Shown: piece after piece, positions 58,733 through 64,000 of the stretch
How the letters are laid out: each line of letters begins with the position of its first letter
How positions within the stretch are numbered: the stretch's first letter is position 1
Source: Neophaeotheca triangularis
Taxonomy: Eukaryota
Reading direction: 5' to 3'
Length of the DNA stretch: 64,000 nt
Assembly: GCA_054600435.1 (NCBI GenBank)
Contig: BAAIJX010000040.1
Location: 124,001 to 188,000, forward strand
Made by a program: the position numbers and the translations under genes
Notes under the pieces: model-generated
Database searches by the model: none
Told to the model about the DNA's origin: nothing
What the model saw: the letters and a program-made list of their open reading frames with translations, nothing else

Positions 58733-61103
58733 GCGTGGGGGTTGACATGGACTGCTTGGGTGAGAGTAGGGTCGTCGCTGTGGTCGAGGTTGCTGAGGTG
58801 CTGGATGTGGTGTGCAACTCGCTGACACCGCTTTTTTTTGGCTGGCTAGGATGATGAAACTGGCGCTCCGTGAGTGCGAGGAGCCCCGGGAGTCTTGCCG
58901 TTGACGGCATCGTGGCGACCATCTTCCTCTCAGCGCTTTCTCATTGGTTGTTTCTACGAAACTAGACAATTTCTACGCCGACTGGACTCAATACTCTCAG
59001 CCCTCCAAAAGCTTTGATTTTGGAAGACATCCCCCGTTCCAGCCCTGTCCCGGCCGCCAATTTGCCGTGCGGGGAAGAAGACAAGAAAGATAGGGCGACC
59101 GAGCCCTTGGCTGCACCACAGCACTGTGCGCCACCGAATGTGGAAGCGAATCGATGGACAAGCGCGCGCCCGCGAGACTCGCTTGCAGGAGGTCCAGCCC
59201 GCCTTCGAAGCTGGTCCGCGAAATCAAAGTCCACGGCTTTTTCCCTGGGCGCGTTTGACTCGACCTGCGTGTTTTGTTGCTTTCGTCCAGCGCCTGTTTG
59301 AGTTTGAGGAAATCGGGAAGGAGAGGGAAGGATGGGGACGGGCAGGAATGAAATTGCCGTTGAAAGCTTCTAGGCTCGGAAAAGGAGGAGGCGGGAGAGG
59401 TGTTTTAGTGTGGAGTGTGGATGTGCCCGGGTGAGTGAGCGTGAGTGAGTAAGTGAGTTCAGTGGTTGCTGTTTCTGAAAAATATGACTTGTTGCTACGA
59501 CTTTCTTTGTTGATTCGGTTACATTTGGTTGGGCTCGGTTTGGGATAGTTTTGGCAGCGAAGCGGGGTTTTACGGCCTTGGGGGTTGCGATGGGGTTTCG
59601 ATCGACAATGGGCTTGCTTTTGCAACGATTACTGGAATTTTATTGGTGCAGCGGTTTACAGGTGCGGGTGTTTCGGGCTGGAATTGTTTTTTTCCTCCTT
59701 CCGAGTCGGCGCGGATTTGAGGCCGGGAGTCAAGGGATTTGGAGCACGGAAGGTGGACTCGTATTTGCGCGGGCTACGAATCGAAACAAATGGCGCGACT
59801 CGCTCAAACTGACTGTACCGGCATATCGACGTAGCACTCGCAAAGTTCAATGAGCTGAACGGGAATTCGACGTTGGCTGGCCTAGCTGCGAGTGCTCGAT
59901 CCCGGCTTCAAGGAAAAGGTAGCGCTATTACATCCAGCTCCTGCTGTCGATCCATCGGAGCATGCATTCGTTGTCTAGCGAGCTGAAGCATCAAGGGAGA
60001 GCAGGACGAGGAGAGCAGAGTCAGAGACGGGAGCTGTAGATGTCGCTAGCTGTAGATGAATGACCGAGCCAACCCCTTTTTGCGTCGCGGTTGTGCCGCT
60101 CCGCCCGTTTTTTCCTCGCTTCAGAATGTTATTGGAAGCCGAATTTGATGTTCCGCCATATAAGCCCAACTCAGTGGGGACTTTGTACAGTCTGACTATT
60201 CCGGATCAAAGCTGATGAGGGCGGCAAAGTATCAGCCCCTACCTCGAGCAAAACCTGTAGGTAGGTAGGTATGCAAGCAAGCAAGCAAGCAAGCAATAAA
60301 GCGAGCGAGCGAAAGAAGCCCCCGACAGCAACAATCGTCAATCCAAGACACACCCCTCGCTAGCTTTCCACTCACATACCTTGCCTTCCCCGGCAAGTAA
60401 AAAACCGCCCCTATCCTACCATGCAATCATCATCCACAGGTCCTCGATCCAGCCCACTAGCCAACCTAACTTTACCAACCTCTTCCCAGCAGCTGCATCC
60501 CCCTTCTCTTATGTCAGTGTCCGACGCACCAGACAAACGGTCGCTACGGGCCCCGATGATGCGCTTCAAAGCCACCACTTGACCTCTCATGCCAGGCTTT
60601 GATGTTTTTTGTTGTCGATCAACGTGGACATGCCGGGAGCCACTACGGCTCCGAGACTTTTACATCTTTCTAACTTCGCAGCTGCTTTCGTTCATTCGGC
60701 TGTTGGCGGATTGTGTCGAAGGGGCCTTCTCTTTCATCATCATGTTCCTTGAAAAAAAAAAAAAAAAAAACGCTCGCTCTTACCTTCTCCCGCCTAGGCT
60801 TTGTAGCTGTCCTCGATCAATGCAGACGCGTCGGGAGTTACAAGTACGAGAGGTATAGCAGGGGACGTCGACCTCTCTTGGAACATGCACGCCGTTAGTT
60901 GCATGATGGGTGTTGTTCTCGGCCCGGTGTGGGAGGATTTTTCGGTCAAAGCTGCCCCTGCCCGGGCAGGCCTGGCAGGGGCGAGGGCTGCACGATGCTG
61001 AAATGTTGAATCGCTAAGAATGAATGGATACATGCTGACTCTGGGTCGCTGGGCCAATTCAACGCGTTCAGAAGAGCGTCGACCGCGACGAGGGTTCCGC
61101 GCC

Positions 61104-62847
61104 TCATATCGTATACCTAAAGTTGACATCGCCCTCCAAGACTACTTCTCCCCGATCGGCTCTCTTGTTCTGGCGGCGGAAATGAATGGTGTTGATCAAG
61201 ACGATGATGGCGATGAGGACATTGCATGCCAGCACGCCGTAGATGCCAGGATGGTATGAGGGACGATCTTGCGAGCGGAAGATGAGAGACCCAGCGATGC
61301 CGCCGATACCGCCGAAGCCAATCAAGGTCGAAGAGCAGAAGGCTCGTTTCCAGTGGCCCCTAAAGCTTGCGTTAGCCGGTGGCTAGACTGGAGTTGAGAT
61401 TACCAGGAGACGCGAGTGCACTTCCCGCTTCGTTCAGTACGTACCTGATGTTGTTTGCCTGATAAGTCATGCAAGTCGGGATGCCGCCTTGTGCTGCAGC
61501 GCAGATGAGAAAAGTGCCAAAGTAACGCACCCCTGGCTGTTCAGCCCAGCCTAAAAGTGGTGCTCCGATGAAGCCCATGGCGCAGTTGACGAGCAATAAC
61601 GGGCCACGGATTCGATAGCGATCTCCGATCCAGGCCATCGACCACATGACGATGCAAGCTAGGCCATAAGGCGGCGCAGATAAGTACTGCGCCTCGCCTA
61701 CACTAAAGCCCATGTTTTCTTGCAAGATGATGGGCAGGAAAAAGGAAATGGCGTACGCAGATGTGCAGAGGGCGCTGCATCAACCGCGGATTAGCAATAG
61801 TCAAGGAAGCAGGAGCTTTCATACTCACAAGAATATGAGGGCAAAGCCCCAAATTTTCGGATCCGCCCCAGAAGCCAGCCAGGCTTTAAAGTCAAAGGCT
61901 CCAGCTTCTGCATCGTTGCGGTCCCGGTTCAGACGGCGGATTAGAAACTGGACTTCGTTGGGTTTCAAGAAGCCCCAGGCCGGTTTCTTCGCAATTTGTT
62001 CTGGGAAGTTGACAACGAAGATGTAGCCGAATATACCAACTACTACCGTCGCTATTCCCTCCAGAATGAAAATCCACCTCCAGCCTCCGTAGTTTGCGAC
62101 GCCGGCCATTTGTTGTATTCCATACGCCAGCACCCCAGACAGGCCGTTACATAAGGTACCGATGAGATAGAAAAAGGCGTACCGCTTCTGCATGTCGAAG
62201 CGAGCATAATACGCTGAGAGGAGGTAGACACAGCCGGGGAAGTAGCCTGCCTCGAAGAATCCAAGGAGTAGTCGCAAAGGGATGAGGGTTGTCCAGGTTT
62301 GGACAAAGCCAAATCCAATCATTACAAGGCCCCAGGCGACGCAGATGGATGGTAAGAACTTCCGCGGTCCAAGCTTGTGGGTGATGATAGTTGCCGGCGG
62401 TTGGAAGATTGTGTAGGTGATGAAGAAGACGAGCGATGCTATTGAATAGCGATAGCCGATGTCGGTGTTCAGGTCGTCGTGCCTAACGTAGAGTCAGTGA
62501 CAGGTTATGAGGCGGTTTGAGGGCCATCTTCAGTTATTGTTGGCTCTGGAAAGTACAAGGGAACGACTGTAGTTCGCAGAAAGGTCAACTTACATCCCCG
62601 CTACGGCGGCATTGGGCATGTTGCCTCTGTCGATCAACGAAACGCAGTACATCAAACCGGTAATGACAACGAGCCGGCGATCGATGCGGTGGATGATTTT
62701 GCGTTGCTCGGCGTAAGTGAATTCGTCGTCCTCGTCGGTGTTGTCGACAAAGCGGTCCCTAGGCTTCTCCAAGCCCTCTTTGTCTAGGCTGTCATGCCTC
62801 ACAGCCGGGGCTGGAGACAGGCCATGCTTGTCGTTGATCCCGGCCAT
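61104..62847 (-). CDS. MFS transporter, anion:cation symporter (allantoate/nicotinate/phthalate permease-like), ~497 aa; exons 62847-62594, 62482-61829, 61774-61445, 61359-61104
   Basis: RKIIHRIDRRL, SLIDRGN, LRLLLGFFEAGYFPG, GWRWIFILEG, YQANNIRGHWKRAF, FRYTI C-terminus; three canonical introns. Confidence 0.92.
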
Positions 62848-62921
62848 GGCATAGGATCTTGAGCGTAGCTGAAGAAGAGTCGACAAAGGCGCTGTGCCCT
62901 TCTTGTGGCCGGCAGTTGGAC

Positions 62922-62929
62922 TTTATATA
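62922..62929 (-). promoter_or_regulatory. Candidate TATA box (TATATAAA) of the MFS gene
   Basis: Consensus TATA about 75 bp upstream of the ATG at 62847. Confidence 0.45.
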
Positions 62930-63527
62930 GGGATGCTGCTGCCGGGAATGCCACTCCCCCACGGAAAGGCAGCCAACATGCATATACGAGACACCATCCT
63001 TCTTGCAAGCTGTCGTCTTATCATGCCGTGGGAGGCACTCTGCTGATGGTCCGCAATGGTTCTTACACGCCTTTCCAAGACCACGGCATACCGAGCGGGG
63101 GAGCTCCATCGAGCGTCTGGGCGCCAAAACGGAGAAGCATGGCAAGCATGGAGTGTGGGATAGACGTTGGCTTAAATGGTTAGCATTGGTGGGATACTCA
63201 TCGTCGCAAAGGTTGGCAGACTGGGCGCGGCCTTGCCACCTTCCCAATTGGTCGCCAAAGGTGCGAAATTCGACGTATGAGGTGGTCGACTCCATTGCGC
63301 CAAGAGGCCTGTGTGGAGAGGGAAATATGGGGTAACGTTTGGATTATTGCCGGGAGATATATAAGCATACAAGGTAGAGCGAAGTGGCACGTCTGCTTCA
63401 TTTTACACGGGTTTCACTGGTGGCACTGGTGGATCATCAGCGGATTGGTCCGCATATGTCGATAAGATAGGCAAGAATACTGCCTTTATTGCATCAGCTG
63501 CTCCAAAGAGGGGTGAGCAAGCTTCAA

Positions 63528-63964
63528 CTACTCACAGCATATTTCATTAGGAACCGCTGAGAGACGACAATAGCACGAGACGGTGGTGTCGACATCGACA
63601 AAAGCAGAGGCCGAGTCCAGTCGCTTCTTTACCAGATGCGCCTCTTGATCCTTGCCGTTACGTTCGAGCGTCTCGTGCAGGCCATGCAAACCCCATACGT
63701 TATTCAGCTTCGCTTTTACGGCGGGGTAAATCTGTTGCCAGCCAAAGGATCTCTTGAAATCACTCTCTCAGCCTCATCTCCGAGACCTTGCTCCAGCAAC
63801 AACCCACCGAGAGCAAGGCGTACAGGTTGCATCCAAGGGGGAGGATCTAAGTAGGCTAGAGCGTCTTCACGTCGAACGGCCTCGTGGAGCATCGAGAATG
63901 CTGCGTTAAAGTTTTCTCTTTGACGTTCTAGCTTCCTGGCAAACATAGCGGAGGAATAAGCCAT
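63528..63964 (-). pseudogene. Degenerate 3' end of a fungal TPR-domain protein gene (may continue beyond the window)
   Basis: EDALAYLDPPPWMQPVRLALGGLLLEQG ends in a stop at 63716, while KLNNVWGLHGLHETLER...VSCYCRLSA..CCE* lies in another frame. Frameshifts fall near 63715-63760 with no intron to bridge them. Confidence 0.65.
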
Positions 63965-64000
63965 CGCATACGATCAGTCGTGATGCGCTGCTCGTTCAAA

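Noticed and set aside
58750..61100. Short ORFs, (GTGA)n, (GCAA)n and poly-A runs in the convergent gap
   Set aside because: Simple repeats in 3' UTR/intergenic DNA; no coding or transposon signal.

Overview
Eukaryotic, intron-containing DNA from a filamentous ascomycete (GT..AG introns mostly 50-160 nt with CTRAC/CTAAC branch points). The gene set is consistent with Pezizomycotina, probably Dothideomycetes (inference). I reconstructed 16 protein-coding gene models by hand plus 2 frameshifted gene relics. Recognisable genes: MRP10, TFB1, NNR2, a secreted nucleoside-hydrolase-family protein, a Rid1-like GBD/FH3 protein, a histidine acid phosphatase/phytase, an MDR oxidoreductase, a peroxisomal enoyl-CoA isomerase, FWD1 (beta-TrCP-like), CDC24 and an MFS transporter. 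The rest are hypothetical. The standout feature is a ~3136-aa secreted, acidic, almost lysine-free polyprotein (3216-12681). It carries two copies of a Cys-rich PAN/apple-like domain, several Thr/Pro repeat arrays and five copies of a two-cysteine module, each split by a fixed-spacing RR-x4-(K/A)R-Q processing cassette, which suggests proinsulin-like maturation. Other points of interest: pervasive alternating C-rich/G-rich blocks that reshape protein tails, a 666-nt intron that looks like intergenic DNA, a PTS1 on NNR2, and a CDK-site-rich protein with a PP1-docking motif. No tRNA, rRNA, CRISPR array or recognisable transposon was found. All splice models and family calls are by eye, with no database searches.
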